A model generated the notes under the pieces. The model did not search any database. It saw only the letters and a program-made list of their open reading frames with translations, and had not been told where the DNA came from. This document shows, one piece after another, positions 48,297-59,877 of a DNA stretch of 64,000 nt (positions within the stretch are counted from its first letter, which is position 1; every line of letters begins with the position of its first letter). A program made the position numbers and the translations under genes. The DNA is from a bacterium (GTDB lineage Bacteria > Zhuqueibacterota > QNDG01 > DSAB01). The stretch lies in assembly GCA_011388275.1 (NCBI GenBank), contig DSAB01000119.1:110045-174044 (forward strand), given 5' to 3'.

Positions 48297-49598
48297 TTAC
48301 GACAGGGGCCTCTCTCCGGGGCCCCTGCTGTTATCTCTTCTCAGTGCGCGATATCCGATGTCTCTTCGGTAATAGGCTCCGTCAAAGGTTATTTGATTGA
48401 CGCCATCATAGGCTGTTTTGACGGCCTTGGATATATCATCCCCCCAAGCGGTGACTCCCAGAACCCTCCCCCCTGAAGTGACTATCTGATTCCCCCTGTA
48501 CTGTGTACCCGCATGAAACACCATCACTTCGCCAGGAATCCGATCCAGACCGTGGATCACTTTTCCTTTTTCATAGGATCCGGGATATCCTCCGGAAGCC
48601 ATCACCACACAAACCGCCCCTCCCTTTTTCATATCGGGTATTGTTGAACCGATGCGGCCTTCCAGTGACTCAAACATCAGCTCGACAATATCGCTGTTCA
48701 GCAGTGGAAGAATGGCCTGTGTCTCCGGATCACCGAACCGACAATTGAATTCCAGAACTTTAGGGCCGGCAGAGGTCATCATCAGGCCGGCGTAGAGAAC
48801 ACCCCGATAGCGAATCCCCTGTTCTGTCAGCCCCGTTATCGCCCGCTTGATGATTTTCTCGTTGACGATTTTGATCATTTTTTCCGTCATCACCGGTGCC
48901 GGCGCATAGGCACCCATGCCACCGGTGTTGGGGCCGGTATCTCCTTCGAAGACAGGCTTGTGATCCTGGGCCGGTGGAAGAATAACAAATCGTTCTCCAT
49001 CCGTCACCGCGAGCACGGAAACTTCTTCGCCCTGCAAATATTCCTCGATGACCACCTGATTGCCCGCGTCACCAAATACCTTTTGACGCAGTATCTGTTC
49101 GAGCCCGTCATAGGCTTCTTTTCGGTTTCGGCAGATCAGAACACCCTTTCCGGCTGCCAGTCCATCGGCTTTAATGACCGTGGGATAATGGATTTCCTGA
49201 ATCGCCTCTACAGCCTTGTGGACATCATTGTACACTCGAAAATCGGCTGTCGGTATACGGCATCGAAGCATCAGATCCTTGGCAAACGCTTTGGACCCTT
49301 CCAGTTGAGCCGCCTTTCGAGCGGGCCCGAATATCGGGTATCCTTCCCTTGTGAACAGATCGACGATGCCCTGTGTCAAAGGCAATTCCGGGCCGACGAC
49401 CGTTAAATCAATTTGATGTTTCCTGGCAAACTGGATCAACCCTTTGCTGTCCGTGACGGAAATATCCACACATTCGGCCAGAGTCCGGATTCCGCCGTTC
49501 CCGGGGGCGGCGAAAACTTTCTTAACCAGAGGACTCTGACGGATTTTCCAGACCAGGGCATGTTCCCGTCCTCCGCTGCCTACCACCAGCACTTTCAT
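48297..49598 (-). CDS. purD: Phosphoribosylamine--glycine ligase
   Basis: [37 protein letters not shown]. Confidence 0.97.
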   Translation of the reverse strand: MKVLVVGSGGREHALVWKIRQSPLVKKVFAAPGNGGIRTLAECVDISVTDSKGLIQFARKHQIDLTVVGPELPLTQGIVDLFTREGYPIFGPARKAAQLEGSKAFAKDLMLRCRIPTADFRVYNDVHKAVEAIQEIHYPTVIKADGLAAGKGVLICRNRKEAYDGLEQILRQKVFGDAGNQVVIEEYLQGEEVSVLAVTDGERFVILPPAQDHKPVFEGDTGPNTGGMGAYAPAPVMTEKMIKIVNEKIIKRAITGLTEQGIRYRGVLYAGLMMTSAGPKVLEFNCRFGDPETQAILPLLNSDIVELMFESLEGRIGSTIPDMKKGGAVCVVMASGGYPGSYEKGKVIHGLDRIPGEVMVFHAGTQYRGNQIVTSGGRVLGVTAWGDDISKAVKTAYDGVNQITFDGAYYRRDIGYRALRRDNSRGPGERPLS

Positions 49599-51607
49599 TG
49601 GATCCTCCCTTTTCGCCTTGCATGCACAGGCTGTTTTCCCTGAAGCTTCGCAATCTCATCGCGAAGGTGCGCGGCTTTCTCGAATTCAAGATTCTCGGCC
49701 GCGGCCAGCATCTCCATGCCCATTGCCTCGACAATCTCTTCCTTTTCCAGGGCGGACAGCGAACCATACTCGGCCGCCAGCGGCTCGTAATGAACCCGGG
49801 CATCCGCCACGGCGGTAGCCGCCATAACTTCATCCGCTGTTTTATAGACGGTTTCGGGTTTTATTCCGTGTTTCTGATTGTATTCCGCCTGTATCCTTCG
49901 TCTTCGTTCGGTCTCTTGCTGCAGAAAACGGATGGCTTCCGTAATCCTGTCTGCGTACAGGATGACCATGCCATTGACATTCCTGGCGGCCCGTCCGGCC
50001 GTTTGCATCAGGGATCGTTCCGAACGCAGGAATCCTTCCTTGTCCGCATCGAGAATGGCAACCAGACTGACTTCCGGAAGATCCAGACCTTCGCGAAGCA
50101 GATTGATACCCACAAGAATATCAAATTCGGCCAATCGCAGCCCCCTCAGAATCTCGACACGGTCAAGCGCGTCGATCTCTGAATGGAGATACCGGACTCG
50201 TAAACCGAGATTGTTCAGATAATCCGTCAGATCTTCAGCCATGCGCTTTGTCAGGGTGGTAACCAGTACCCGTTCCCTTTCAACCGTCCTTCTTCGAATT
50301 TCAGCAACCAGATCATCGATTTGCGATTTTGTCGGACGAACCTGGACTTCCGGATCCATTAATCCCGTGGGCCGAATGACCTGTTCGACAATCTCTCCTT
50401 TGGTTTTTTCCATTTCATATTCGGCTGGTGTAGCCGAAACAAATACCGCACGGTGGATTTTTTTCTCGAATTCTTCAAACTTCAATGGCCGATTATCCAG
50501 TGCCGAAGGAAGACGGAATCCGTGTTCCACAAGGGTCTCTTTTCGAGCCCTGTCTCCATTGTACATGGCCCTTATTTGAGGAATGGTGGCGTGGGATTCA
50601 TCGATGATCATGAGAAATTCATCCGGGAAATAATCGATCAGACAAGCCGGGCTTTCGCCCTCTTTTCTTCCGGTCAAATGGCGGGAATAGTTTTCAATGC
50701 CGCTGCAATAACCCACCTCACGAAGCATCTCAAGATCATAATGAGTCCTGGATTCCAGTCGCTGAGCTTCGAGCAATTTGTTCTGTTCGTGCAGCCTTCT
50801 CAGCTGTTCCTTTAATTCTGCCTGGATCGATTGAACGGCTGAATTCAGTTTATCCGGAGTTGTGACAAAATGCTTGGCCGGATAGATCCCCGCGCATTCC
50901 AATTCATGATCACTCTTTCCGGTCAGGGGATTGATAATGGATATCTTTTCAACCGTATCCCCCCACAGTTCGACGCGAACGGCATGTTCTTCATAGGCTG
51001 GGTAGATATCAATCACATCGCCCCGAACCCGAAAAGTTCCCCGGTGAAAATCGATGTCATTGCGGGTGTAATGAATATCCACAAGCATTCGAAGAATCTT
51101 ATCTCTCCGTACTTTATCACCGGTCTTCAGTAAAAGAAACAATTCGCGAAAATCCTGGGGCGACCCCAACCCATAGATACAGGAAACGGAAGCGACGATA
51201 ATGACATCGCTTCGAACCATCAAGGAACTGGTCGCTTTCAGCCTGAGACGCTCGATCTCCTCGTTGATGGAAGTGTCTTTCTCAATATAGGTATCGGTTG
51301 TAGGAATATAGGCTTCCGGCTGATAATAATCGTAGTAACTGATAAAATATTCCACCGCATTCTTCGGAAAAAATGATTTAAACTCGCCATAAAGTTGTGC
51401 GGCCAGTGTTTTATTGTGAGAAATAATCAGGGTCGGCTTGTTGAGTTCTTCGATAACTCCCGCCATGGTGTATGTTTTCCCGGAACCGGTCACCCCAAGC
51501 AGGACCTGAAAACGTTTATTCTGTCTCAAACCTTTGACCAGAGCCTTGATCGCACGCGGCTGGTCTCCTCTCGGGCTGAAATTTGAGATCAATTGAAAAT
51601 TCGGCAT
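49595..51607 (-). CDS. uvrB: Excinuclease ABC subunit B
   Basis: [37 protein letters not shown]-terminal UVR domain. Confidence 0.98.
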   Translation of the reverse strand: MPNFQLISNFSPRGDQPRAIKALVKGLRQNKRFQVLLGVTGSGKTYTMAGVIEELNKPTLIISHNKTLAAQLYGEFKSFFPKNAVEYFISYYDYYQPEAYIPTTDTYIEKDTSINEEIERLRLKATSSLMVRSDVIIVASVSCIYGLGSPQDFRELFLLLKTGDKVRRDKILRMLVDIHYTRNDIDFHRGTFRVRGDVIDIYPAYEEHAVRVELWGDTVEKISIINPLTGKSDHELECAGIYPAKHFVTTPDKLNSAVQSIQAELKEQLRRLHEQNKLLEAQRLESRTHYDLEMLREVGYCSGIENYSRHLTGRKEGESPACLIDYFPDEFLMIIDESHATIPQIRAMYNGDRARKETLVEHGFRLPSALDNRPLKFEEFEKKIHRAVFVSATPAEYEMEKTKGEIVEQVIRPTGLMDPEVQVRPTKSQIDDLVAEIRRRTVERERVLVTTLTKRMAEDLTDYLNNLGLRVRYLHSEIDALDRVEILRGLRLAEFDILVGINLLREGLDLPEVSLVAILDADKEGFLRSERSLMQTAGRAARNVNGMVILYADRITEAIRFLQQETERRRRIQAEYNQKHGIKPETVYKTADEVMAATAVADARVHYEPLAAEYGSLSALEKEEIVEAMGMEMLAAAENLEFEKAAHLRDEIAKLQGKQPVHARRKGRIQ

Positions 51608-51631
51608 GCATTTCCCCGTTCAACCGGACTC

Positions 51632-51660
51632 AATATACAACCAATTGGGTATAAAGTCAA
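51632..51660 (-). promoter_or_regulatory. sigma70-type promoter of uvrB
   Basis: TTGACT-17-TATATT with an extended TG. Confidence 0.6.
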
Positions 51661-51745
51661 GGTTGGATCATTCGCTGAAATGAAAGCCGGATTCCGGTCA
51701 AATTGATCCGGGAATGAAACAGGAAATGGACATCCGAATTTTACC

Positions 51746-51774
51746 TTGATTTTGGAGTGACAACGTGTTATATT
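51746..51774 (+). promoter_or_regulatory. sigma70-type promoter of the ppiD-like gene
   Basis: TTGATT-17-TATATT with TGn. Confidence 0.55.
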
Positions 51775-51842
51775 TTAAGTTTGAGGTCAAGATTGCATAG
51801 TCATCATTTCAACCGCTTTGAATAAGAGGAGAACTTCCCGTT

Positions 51843-53660
51843 ATGATGCAGACATTGCGTAATTACATGAAACATATTATCATTATCACCGCCCTGGCAT
51901 TTGTGGCGACCATTGTTTTCAGCTGGGGAATGGGAGGCTTCGGCGGAAAGGGTCATGAAGCCGAACGGGGTATTATCGGTGAGGTAAACGGGCATAAAAT
52001 TCTGTACCAGCAGTTTGCTCAAAACATCAACCAGGAACTTCAGTCCGTGAAAGATGAAATCGGCGAAAACGAGATTCCGGAATACCGGTTGAACGCCATA
52101 CGGCAAAATGTCTGGCAGTCCATGATTCAGAACGTTCTTTTTACACAGGAAATCGAGAGACTGGGTATCCATGCCACGGTTGAAGAGATTCGTTTTCATG
52201 TCAGACAGAACCCTCCCGAATTTCTTCGTTCCAATGAACAGCTTATGACCGACGGACGTTTCGATATCAGCAAATACCATCAGGCGTTGAGTGATCCCAG
52301 AAATCAGGACGCCTTTACCGCACCCATTGTGCATTATTTCGCCAGCGTACTGCCGGCACAAAAACTTCAGCAGCGCATTCTCACAACGGTTCGCCTCACC
52401 GATCATGAAGTCAAAGAGTATTACCGAATGAAAAATGACAAGGTGAAAGTCCATTTTCTCTTTTTCGATCCTGCGAAGGAATCCCTGGAAGGCATCTCGA
52501 TTACTGACGATCAAATAATCAGATATTACAAGACAAACAGAGAAGACTTTCATGTCGGTGAAAAACGCAAGATCGGCTTCGTGGTTTTTGAAAACCGGCC
52601 TTCCCGGCAGGATACCCTGCAGACATTGCAGGATATCAATGAGATCCGGACTCTGATTGAACGCGGAGAACCTTTTGAAGAAATGTGCCGTGATTATTCT
52701 GAAGATGAAGGAAGCGCCCCTCAGGGTGGAGATCTTGGTTTCTTCAGTCGCGGAACCATGGCTCCTGCCTTTGAAGAAGCCGCTTTCTCCGCCCCTTTCG
52801 GTGAAATTACCGGTCCGGTCCTGACCAACTTCGGGTACCATCTGATCAAGGTCACGGCCAGAAAAACAGAAAACAATGAAGAACAGATTCGCGCCAGCCA
52901 TCTTCTGCTTAAAATAAAGCCCAGTAATGAAACCTGGGAGGCAATGAACCGAACTGCGGAAATGTTTCACCAGCTGGCAAAGAACCGTAAATCCGTTGAC
53001 CTGAAGACTCTGGCGGAACAGGAAGGGCTTGCTTACGAAGAGACCGAGTATTTTTCACGCGGCGCGTTTATCCAAAGCCTTGGTTTTGCCTCCCGCATTA
53101 ATTTTCTCGCATTCAATGAACGAAAGGGATGGATCAGCGAGCCCGTTTACTGGCAGGAAAATCTGCTTGTTTTCCGTATACTGGACATTGAGAAAGCGTA
53201 TTATCGCCCCCTGGAAGAGGTCCGATCGAATATTGAGACGCTGCTCCAGAGAGAAAAAAGGATGGAACTTGCCGGGGAAAGCTGCCGGTCTTTAAGAGAA
53301 CAGATGACTGTTTCGTCGGATTTCGAACGCCTGGCCGAGGATAACAGGCTGAAGATACATCAGACGGACTGGTTTACCATGCAGGATTACGTCACCATTG
53401 CCAGCCGCGATCCCGTGTTTATCGGAACCGCTTTTAAATTGGGAATCAATGAGATCAGTCCTCCGGTCAGCGGCGAAAGGGGTTATTATCTCATCAAGGC
53501 GATCGACCGGCAAATTACGGACGATGCGGTCATCGAAGCGCAGATGGATGATCTGAAGTCACAACTGCAGCAGGAAAAGATGCAGAAAGTTTACTCCGCC
53601 TGGTATAATGACCTCGTGGAGAACGCGAAGATCAAAGATTATCGGGATCAATACTTTTAA
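51843..53660 (+). CDS. PpiD/SurA-like periplasmic chaperone, parvulin PPIase
   Basis: N-terminal anchor (AFVATIVFSWG), SurA_N domain, GGDLGFF.RG.M..AFE, T.FGYHLIK. Confidence 0.88.
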   Translation: MMQTLRNYMKHIIIITALAFVATIVFSWGMGGFGGKGHEAERGIIGEVNGHKILYQQFAQNINQELQSVKDEIGENEIPEYRLNAIRQNVWQSMIQNVLFTQEIERLGIHATVEEIRFHVRQNPPEFLRSNEQLMTDGRFDISKYHQALSDPRNQDAFTAPIVHYFASVLPAQKLQQRILTTVRLTDHEVKEYYRMKNDKVKVHFLFFDPAKESLEGISITDDQIIRYYKTNREDFHVGEKRKIGFVVFENRPSRQDTLQTLQDINEIRTLIERGEPFEEMCRDYSEDEGSAPQGGDLGFFSRGTMAPAFEEAAFSAPFGEITGPVLTNFGYHLIKVTARKTENNEEQIRASHLLLKIKPSNETWEAMNRTAEMFHQLAKNRKSVDLKTLAEQEGLAYEETEYFSRGAFIQSLGFASRINFLAFNERKGWISEPVYWQENLLVFRILDIEKAYYRPLEEVRSNIETLLQREKRMELAGESCRSLREQMTVSSDFERLAEDNRLKIHQTDWFTMQDYVTIASRDPVFIGTAFKLGINEISPPVSGERGYYLIKAIDRQITDDAVIEAQMDDLKSQLQQEKMQKVYSAWYNDLVENAKIKDYRDQYF

Positions 53661-53698
53661 TCATACGGTTTCATCTCTTCGTGCCGCGGCACGTCCCG

Positions 53699-54172
53699 TC
53701 AGTTCAACGGTTCTTCCCGCCACAGGGATCGAATGCGGACGGAAAGCTGCTCCAAATACTTTTGGTCTGTTTCGTCAAAAGCATTCAGCTCGCTGTGATC
53801 CAGATCCAGAACGCCTCTTATACGTTTCTGATTATCCAGAAGGGGTATGACAATCTCGGATTGGGAATGTTGATCACAGGCAATGTGTCCTTCATACCGG
53901 TGGACATCAGGAACAATAATTGTTCTTTTCTGCCTGGCGCATGACGCGCATACGCCTTTCTCGCGGGGCAGAAAAACACAGGCCGGCGTGCCCTGAAAGG
54001 GGCCCAGAACCAGGTGATCCCTGCGGACGAAATAGGTTCCGATCCAGAAATAGTTCAGCCTTTTCTTCAATACGGCGGCGATATTGCCCAGATCGGCTAT
54101 CAGATCTCCGCCTTTTTCCAGACGGATATCGATTTCACGAAGCGATGCCACATACAGATCTTTTTTGCTCAT
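53699..54172 (-). CDS. msrC: GAF-domain free methionine-R-sulfoxide reductase
   Basis: LGPFQG.PAC, GVC, GHIACD..SQSEIVIP, GVLDLD. Confidence 0.85.
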   Translation of the reverse strand: MSKKDLYVASLREIDIRLEKGGDLIADLGNIAAVLKKRLNYFWIGTYFVRRDHLVLGPFQGTPACVFLPREKGVCASCARQKRTIIVPDVHRYEGHIACDQHSQSEIVIPLLDNQKRIRGVLDLDHSELNAFDETDQKYLEQLSVRIRSLWREEPLN

Positions 54173-54176
54173 TGAA

Positions 54177-55079
54177 TTACCCGCGAATAAAAAGGTTTTT
54201 CAGGATATGGCCGGCCATCCCGGGATTTTCCCTGAGACGCCGCATGGAGTAGGCGTACCAGTGCCGGCCAAAAGGAACATAGACTCGCAGCGCGTGCCCT
54301 GAATCGATGAGCACGCCGCGCATTTTCTCCGTCACACCCAGCAGCATCTGGAATTCATAATCGGATTTCCTGCACTGAAGAGACTCGATCAAACTCAGGG
54401 AACGGTCAATTAATTTCTTATCATGAGTCGCGATACCCACGAAACATCGATCCCGTAAAAGCATTTCGGTCAACATCATATACTGCCGGCGGACGGTTTC
54501 TCTTTTCTTAAATGCTATCTCCGGTGATTCATTATAGATTCCCTTGCAAATGCGCAAATTGGCGATACCGTCTTTCATCAGTTCATGCACGTCCGTTTCA
54601 CTTCTTTTCAAACAGGACTGGATAACGGCCCCTGCATTGGAAAATTCGCGGCGCAAAGAACGGTAGATTTCCAATGTTGAATCCGTCGTGGTTGCGTCTT
54701 CCATATCAATGCGGACAAAAACATTCAATGCCTTTGCCCGTTGCAGAATACACCGCATGTTTTCGAAACATCTGTCACGATCAATACGCAATCCCAGAGA
54801 GGTCAGCTTTACCGAAAGACCGGCATCAAGCCGATGACTGTGAATCGCCTCCAGAACCTGAATCGATTCCTCCCTGGATCGGTCCGCTTCTTCGAGTGTT
54901 TCAATGTCTTCTCCCAGAACATCGATTGTGGCGCGGCAGCCCTCCCGATTGAGCGTTTCCACCTTTGACAAGGCGTCCTTCAAAGTGATTCCTGCGACAT
55001 AGCGGCAGGAAAAAAGCCAGATGAACGATTTGGGAAAAATGGGAAGAACGGCGACAATCATCCGGTTGAACCATTTCAT
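54177..55079 (-). CDS. Monofunctional proline dehydrogenase
   Basis: SVKLT.LGL, RIDMED, RICKG.Y, IATHD, EFQML.G, VYVPFG..WY.Y.MRRL.E. Confidence 0.93.
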   Translation of the reverse strand: MKWFNRMIVAVLPIFPKSFIWLFSCRYVAGITLKDALSKVETLNREGCRATIDVLGEDIETLEEADRSREESIQVLEAIHSHRLDAGLSVKLTSLGLRIDRDRCFENMRCILQRAKALNVFVRIDMEDATTTDSTLEIYRSLRREFSNAGAVIQSCLKRSETDVHELMKDGIANLRICKGIYNESPEIAFKKRETVRRQYMMLTEMLLRDRCFVGIATHDKKLIDRSLSLIESLQCRKSDYEFQMLLGVTEKMRGVLIDSGHALRVYVPFGRHWYAYSMRRLRENPGMAGHILKNLFIRG

Positions 55080-55084
55080 TTCAG

Positions 55085-56050
55085 TCAGTCTCCGTATTCA
55101 TAGATCAGAGTATCGCGAAAAACCCCGCGAGCTCCGAAACTTTCCTTAAATTTGGCAAGCCCCCAATTGGGGTTCCCGTTTACGGTAAATATTCCAAAAT
55201 CGAGAAACCGGTACCCGTGCTCTCTTCCCCATTTCATGATTTCATAAAAAATCAGATTCACCGGACGATAACGCTGATAGTCTGTGTCGTGACTGATATA
55301 GAAAGCCAGGATCACTTTCCGGTTGCAGATGAAAAGGGTTACGCCCGCAATGATCCGATCATGGATGCTCGATTCAAATTGCATAATACGCCGGGGGAAG
55401 AGCCGGTACAGCTTTTTCAGTTCCTCCAGCGTATGCGTTGGAGTGACCTGATGACGCATGGCCAAATTATTCTGCAATATCGAATAGAACGCATCAAAAT
55501 TATGGGTGATTTTAATCTGAACACCGGTTTTCACGGCACGCCGTGTGGCTGTTCTTGCTTCCGGTTTAAAGCCGTCGAGTATAAAATTTTCACCGCCCAG
55601 GAAAACCACACTGGACAACTCTCGTTTCTGATATCTGAATCCCCGCCTGATCAGTGCAAACTCCGCATGGTTATTGATTTGTTCGTGATAAATGGCGGGA
55701 GGCAGTGTCATTCGAATGGTTTTCAGTTTTACCGTACGGCCATAATCCAGCAGAGCCTCCGTCAGATGAAAGGCGTCCTGCAATGACAGATTGCGTCTGC
55801 AGACAAACCCTCCGTAGCTGGCTCCTGGATGAGAGTGGAGGCATTTTTCCTCTTCTGTCAAAGCGGCCGGAATAACCGCCAAAAGGGTACTGCCGTTCTG
55901 AAAAATCAGAGAATGATCCTGAAACCGGCCGCCTGGATGGTAATTTAGAAATCGTCGAGTATGAAAAATCGTTCCGTTTCCCGATTTATCGACAAATTGA
56001 TCCCAGACCCTCGAATGATGTTCCTGATAATTTAACACATCCAGAGACAT
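55085..56050 (-). CDS. GNAT/FemAB-like acyltransferase
   Basis: WDQFV..S.NGTIFH.R.FL.YH, SHPG.SYGG, LDFG..T, L.KFKESFGA. Confidence 0.8.
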   Translation of the reverse strand: MSLDVLNYQEHHSRVWDQFVDKSGNGTIFHTRRFLNYHPGGRFQDHSLIFQNGSTLLAVIPAALTEEEKCLHSHPGASYGGFVCRRNLSLQDAFHLTEALLDYGRTVKLKTIRMTLPPAIYHEQINNHAEFALIRRGFRYQKRELSSVVFLGGENFILDGFKPEARTATRRAVKTGVQIKITHNFDAFYSILQNNLAMRHQVTPTHTLEELKKLYRLFPRRIMQFESSIHDRIIAGVTLFICNRKVILAFYISHDTDYQRYRPVNLIFYEIMKWGREHGYRFLDFGIFTVNGNPNWGLAKFKESFGARGVFRDTLIYEYGD

Positions 56051-56967
56051 CAGGCATTGCTCATCAGTCGGACCATAATCGCTTTCTGAATATGCATACG
56101 GTTTTCCGCTTCATCGAAAACAATGGCACGCGGACCGTCCATGACAGCGTCTGTGATCTCATCACCCCGGTGCGCGGGCAGACAATGCATGACTTTGACA
56201 TCCGCCCCCGCCTCATTGACCAGGTTTTCGTTGACCTGATATTTCCGGAATACTTTTTTTCGTTTTTCCGCTTCTTTCTCTTGTCCCATGCTGGCCCAGA
56301 CGTCGGTATAGATAATATCCGCTTCCCGGACCGCGATCATGGGATCCCGTTCGATCTCGATGGAACTGATACCGGATTTTTGTCCCTCCTGCAAAGTTGC
56401 GGCATCGGGATTGTACCCCTCAGGCACTGACAGCGTCAGGCTCATGGGAATTCGGGACGCCATGTTGATCCATGAATTGGCCAGATTGTTTCCATCGCCG
56501 ATATAGGTCACTTTGAGTCCATCAAAATGACCCCGATGCTCTAAAATGGTCAGCATATCGCCCATCACCTGGCATGGATGATAGAGATCCGTTAATCCGT
56601 TAATAACGGGGACCGATGCGTATTCAGCCAGTTCCAGAATCAGCTCATGGCCAAACAGGCGTGCCATAATCCCGTCATTATACCGCGACAGGACGCGTGC
56701 AATATCGGCCACGGATTCCCGTTTGCCGATGCCGATATCATTCGGGCTGAGATACAGGGCATGCCCCCCAAGCTGGAACATACCGGTCTCAAAAGAGACA
56801 CGTGTTCTGGCCGACGGTTTTTGAAAAACCATGGCCAGTGTCTTATCTTTTAAAATCGCTTTTCTTTTACCCTTTTTCAACTTCTTTTTCAAATCGAGGG
56901 CCAGTTCAAAGAGATCATAGATCTCATCTCTGGTGCAGTCAGTGATGGTTAAGAAATCTTTTTTCAC
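56050..56967 (-). CDS. argF: Ornithine carbamoyltransferase
   Basis: GTG 56967 after GGAGGAG; KPSARTR, HPCQ, GDGNN, TDVWASMG, HCLP. Confidence 0.95.
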   Translation of the reverse strand: MKKDFLTITDCTRDEIYDLFELALDLKKKLKKGKRKAILKDKTLAMVFQKPSARTRVSFETGMFQLGGHALYLSPNDIGIGKRESVADIARVLSRYNDGIMARLFGHELILELAEYASVPVINGLTDLYHPCQVMGDMLTILEHRGHFDGLKVTYIGDGNNLANSWINMASRIPMSLTLSVPEGYNPDAATLQEGQKSGISSIEIERDPMIAVREADIIYTDVWASMGQEKEAEKRKKVFRKYQVNENLVNEAGADVKVMHCLPAHRGDEITDAVMDGPRAIVFDEAENRMHIQKAIMVRLMSNA

Positions 56968-56989
56968 ATCTCCTCCTGGTTCTGATTGG

Positions 56990-58402
56990 TTAAAGAATGT
57001 ATTTTGCGAGATCCTCATCTTCGATAATATCTTTAAGCCGCTCTCTCACATCCCGCGCGGTGACCCGAATGGACCGGATGGACGGATCAGGCACCTCATA
57101 AAGAACGTCTTCAAGAAGATTGCTCATGATTGTCTGCAATCGCCGTGCTCCGATATTCTCCGCCCTGTCATTGACCTCCGTGGCGATACGGGCGATCTGC
57201 TCGATGGCGCCATGAGTAAATGTCACTCTGACCTGTTCTGTCTTCAGCAGGGCCGTCATCTGCTTGATCAGGGCGTTTTCCGGCTCTGTCAGGATACGAA
57301 TAAAATCATCGGTATTCAGGCTGTTTAGTTCGACCCGAATGGGAAAACGGCCTTGAAGTTCCGGGATCAAATCAGAAGGTTTGGAGACATGAAATGCTCC
57401 CGAGGCGATAAACAGAATGTGATCTGTTTTGACCATGCCGTATTTCGTGACGACATTGGTTCCTTCGACCACAGGAAGTATATCACGCTGTACTCCTTCT
57501 CTGGAAACATCGATATTTCCTCCGTTTTCCGCCCCGGCGATCTTGTCGATCTCATCCAGAAACACGATCCCGGACTGCTCCACCCGGCGAATCGCCTCCT
57601 TGATCACCTTGTCCATATCGATCAGCTTCTGAACCTCTTCTCCCAAAAGAACCTGGCGCGCTTCTTTGATTTTCATTTTTTGTTTCTTGCGCTTTTTGGG
57701 CATCATGCCCCCGAACAGATCCTGTATGTTCATCCCCATCTCTTCAATGCCGACAGGTGAAAAAATCTGCAGCATGGGATGGCTGTCCTGGACCACGCTG
57801 ATCTCCACTTCCCGTTCCTCCAGTTTCCCCTCAGCAAGCTGCTGTCTGAGTTTGTCCCGGGTTCTTTTTCGTCTGTCTTCTTCCTCCAGGTTTTGGGAAG
57901 AGATCCTTCCGTCCGCGGTGACGAATCCGGATTGTTCCTGGGTCGGCTGTTGAACCGGATATTCCGGATACAGCAAATCGAGGAGGCGTTCTTCAACATG
58001 ATCCTTCGCCTCACTCTCGACCCGTCTCCGCCATTCGGATTTGATCATCGAAACGGAGAGATCCGTCAGGTCGCGTATGATGGATTCCACGTCACGGCCC
58101 ACATATCCCACTTCTGTGAATTTTGAAGCTTCCACTTTGATGAAAGGCGCTTCGGCCAGCCGGGCCAGACGCCGCGCAATTTCCGTCTTGCCGACTCCGG
58201 TAGGTCCGATCAAAATGATATTGTTGGGCATGATTTCATCTCTGAGATCCTCATCGACCTGCTGCCTTCTCCAGCGGTTTCGCAGGGCGATGGCCACCAT
58301 CTTTTTCGCCTTGTCCTGACCGATGATGTATTTATCCAGCTCGACAACGATCTGCCTGGGTGTCAATTGATTGATATTCGCCGCGTGGGTTTCTATTGGC
58401 AT
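56990..58402 (-). CDS. hslU: ATP-dependent protease ATPase subunit HslU
   Basis: [27 protein letters not shown]. Confidence 0.97.
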   Translation of the reverse strand: MPIETHAANINQLTPRQIVVELDKYIIGQDKAKKMVAIALRNRWRRQQVDEDLRDEIMPNNIILIGPTGVGKTEIARRLARLAEAPFIKVEASKFTEVGYVGRDVESIIRDLTDLSVSMIKSEWRRRVESEAKDHVEERLLDLLYPEYPVQQPTQEQSGFVTADGRISSQNLEEEDRRKRTRDKLRQQLAEGKLEEREVEISVVQDSHPMLQIFSPVGIEEMGMNIQDLFGGMMPKKRKKQKMKIKEARQVLLGEEVQKLIDMDKVIKEAIRRVEQSGIVFLDEIDKIAGAENGGNIDVSREGVQRDILPVVEGTNVVTKYGMVKTDHILFIASGAFHVSKPSDLIPELQGRFPIRVELNSLNTDDFIRILTEPENALIKQMTALLKTEQVRVTFTHGAIEQIARIATEVNDRAENIGARRLQTIMSNLLEDVLYEVPDPSIRSIRVTARDVRERLKDIIEDEDLAKYIL

Positions 58403-58941
58403 CAAAGCTCCTCAATCACAATATGATGGTTGGTATAAATACAGATTCCGGATGCGATCAAAAGGGATTCTTTCACGATCTGAGCCGCTGTCAGTGTCGA
58501 ATGTTTGGCCAGGGCCCTTGCGGCGGCGAGCGCGTAGGAGCCGCCGGATCCGATCGCGACAATATGATCGTCGGGTTCGATGATATCACCTGTCCCGCTG
58601 ATGATCAGTGTGCTCTTTTTATCCGCCACGGCCAGAAGTGCCTCCAACTGACGCAAATATTTGTCCGTTCTCCATTCCTTGGCCAGTTCAACCGCGGAAC
58701 GGTAGAGATTGCCGTGATATTGCTCCACCATTTTCTCAAATTTATCCATCAACGTAAAAGCATCCGCCGCGGCTCCGGCGAATCCTGCCAAAATGGTATC
58801 ATTATACAGTCTCCGCACCTTTTTGGCCCGCTCTTTCATGACCATATCATCCAGGGTAACCTGACCGTCCCCTCCCAAAGCGACTTGACTGCCTTTTCGG
58901 ATTCCCAGAATGGTCGTGGCATGGAAAGTCGGCCAAGCCAT
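58402..58941 (-). CDS. hslV: ATP-dependent protease subunit HslV
   Basis: HATTIL, GDGQVT, GFAG, WRTDK.LR.LEA, IGSGG, CIYTN. Confidence 0.97.
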   Translation of the reverse strand: MAWPTFHATTILGIRKGSQVALGGDGQVTLDDMVMKERAKKVRRLYNDTILAGFAGAAADAFTLMDKFEKMVEQYHGNLYRSAVELAKEWRTDKYLRQLEALLAVADKKSTLIISGTGDIIEPDDHIVAIGSGGSYALAAARALAKHSTLTAAQIVKESLLIASGICIYTNHHIVIEEL

Positions 58942-59877
58942 CTATTTGATCCCTTTCAGGTATTTGAAATACTCGCTTTTTGTGGTCAACAGAATCACGG
59001 TTGTGCTGTCGACCGTCTCTTCATAAGTTTGAAGTGTCTTTAAAAACGAATAAAATTCGGGATCCCGGTTATACGCTTCCGCGTAGATTCTAGTGGCTTC
59101 CGCGTCGGCACGGCCGTGTATCTCCCGGGCCTTCTGATACGCTTCGGACCGTATTCTCTGAAGCTCCCGTTCGCGTTTGCCCTCGATTTCGGCTCTCTGT
59201 CCCTGTCCTTCCGACCTGTACCGTTCGGCAATACGTTTTCTCTCCGATATCATCCGCTCATAGACCCTCTTGCGGACCTCCTCCACATAGTTGATGCGTT
59301 TGATCCGCACATCGACCAGATCAATGCCGTATTGCGCGACAATTTTTCTCGCTTCATTCAGTATTTCGGTAACAATTTTCGCCCGGCCGGTTTCAACCGT
59401 TTCCGCGACCACTGTGGAATCAACCAAAAGCTCCATGTCGCTGAAATCGAGTTCCCGGTTTGAATTGCGAACGAGTTCAAAGAGAATATTATCGGACACG
59501 TAATCTCTCGTCACGGCGTCGACAATATCATCCAGACGGCTGTGCGCGCCGGTTTCATTGCCCACGGTCTGCAGAAACAGCAGAGGATCTTTAATTTGCC
59601 AGCGCGCCGTCATATCGATCCAGATATATTTTTTGTCCTTGGTCGGAATCTGGTTGGGATCGCCGTCCCAGGCCAGGATTCGTTTATCAAAATAATGCGT
59701 TTTTTCGATAAAGGGTGTTTTCCAGTGAAGCCCCGCCTCAACCACCGGCTGTCCCACCGGTTTTCCAAAACGGGTTATGATGACCTGCTGCACTTCATCC
59801 ACGATATAAAGACCGCTGCTCAAAGTAATTAATATGATCAGAGCGGCGATTACGGGAATCGTCATTCTGGCTTTCAT
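58942..59877 (-). CDS. hflC: FtsH protease modulator HflC
   Basis: TM plus SPFH domain; TKDKK, RMISER.RIA..RSEG, DPEFY.F. Confidence 0.93.
   Translation of the reverse strand: MKARMTIPVIAALIILITLSSGLYIVDEVQQVIITRFGKPVGQPVVEAGLHWKTPFIEKTHYFDKRILAWDGDPNQIPTKDKKYIWIDMTARWQIKDPLLFLQTVGNETGAHSRLDDIVDAVTRDYVSDNILFELVRNSNRELDFSDMELLVDSTVVAETVETGRAKIVTEILNEARKIVAQYGIDLVDVRIKRINYVEEVRKRVYERMISERKRIAERYRSEGQGQRAEIEGKRERELQRIRSEAYQKAREIHGRADAEATRIYAEAYNRDPEFYSFLKTLQTYEETVDSTTVILLTTKSEYFKYLKGIK

Noticed and set aside
51804-52970. 388 aa minus-strand ORF
   Set aside because: Almost entirely antisense to the PpiD/SurA gene, with no recognisable motifs.
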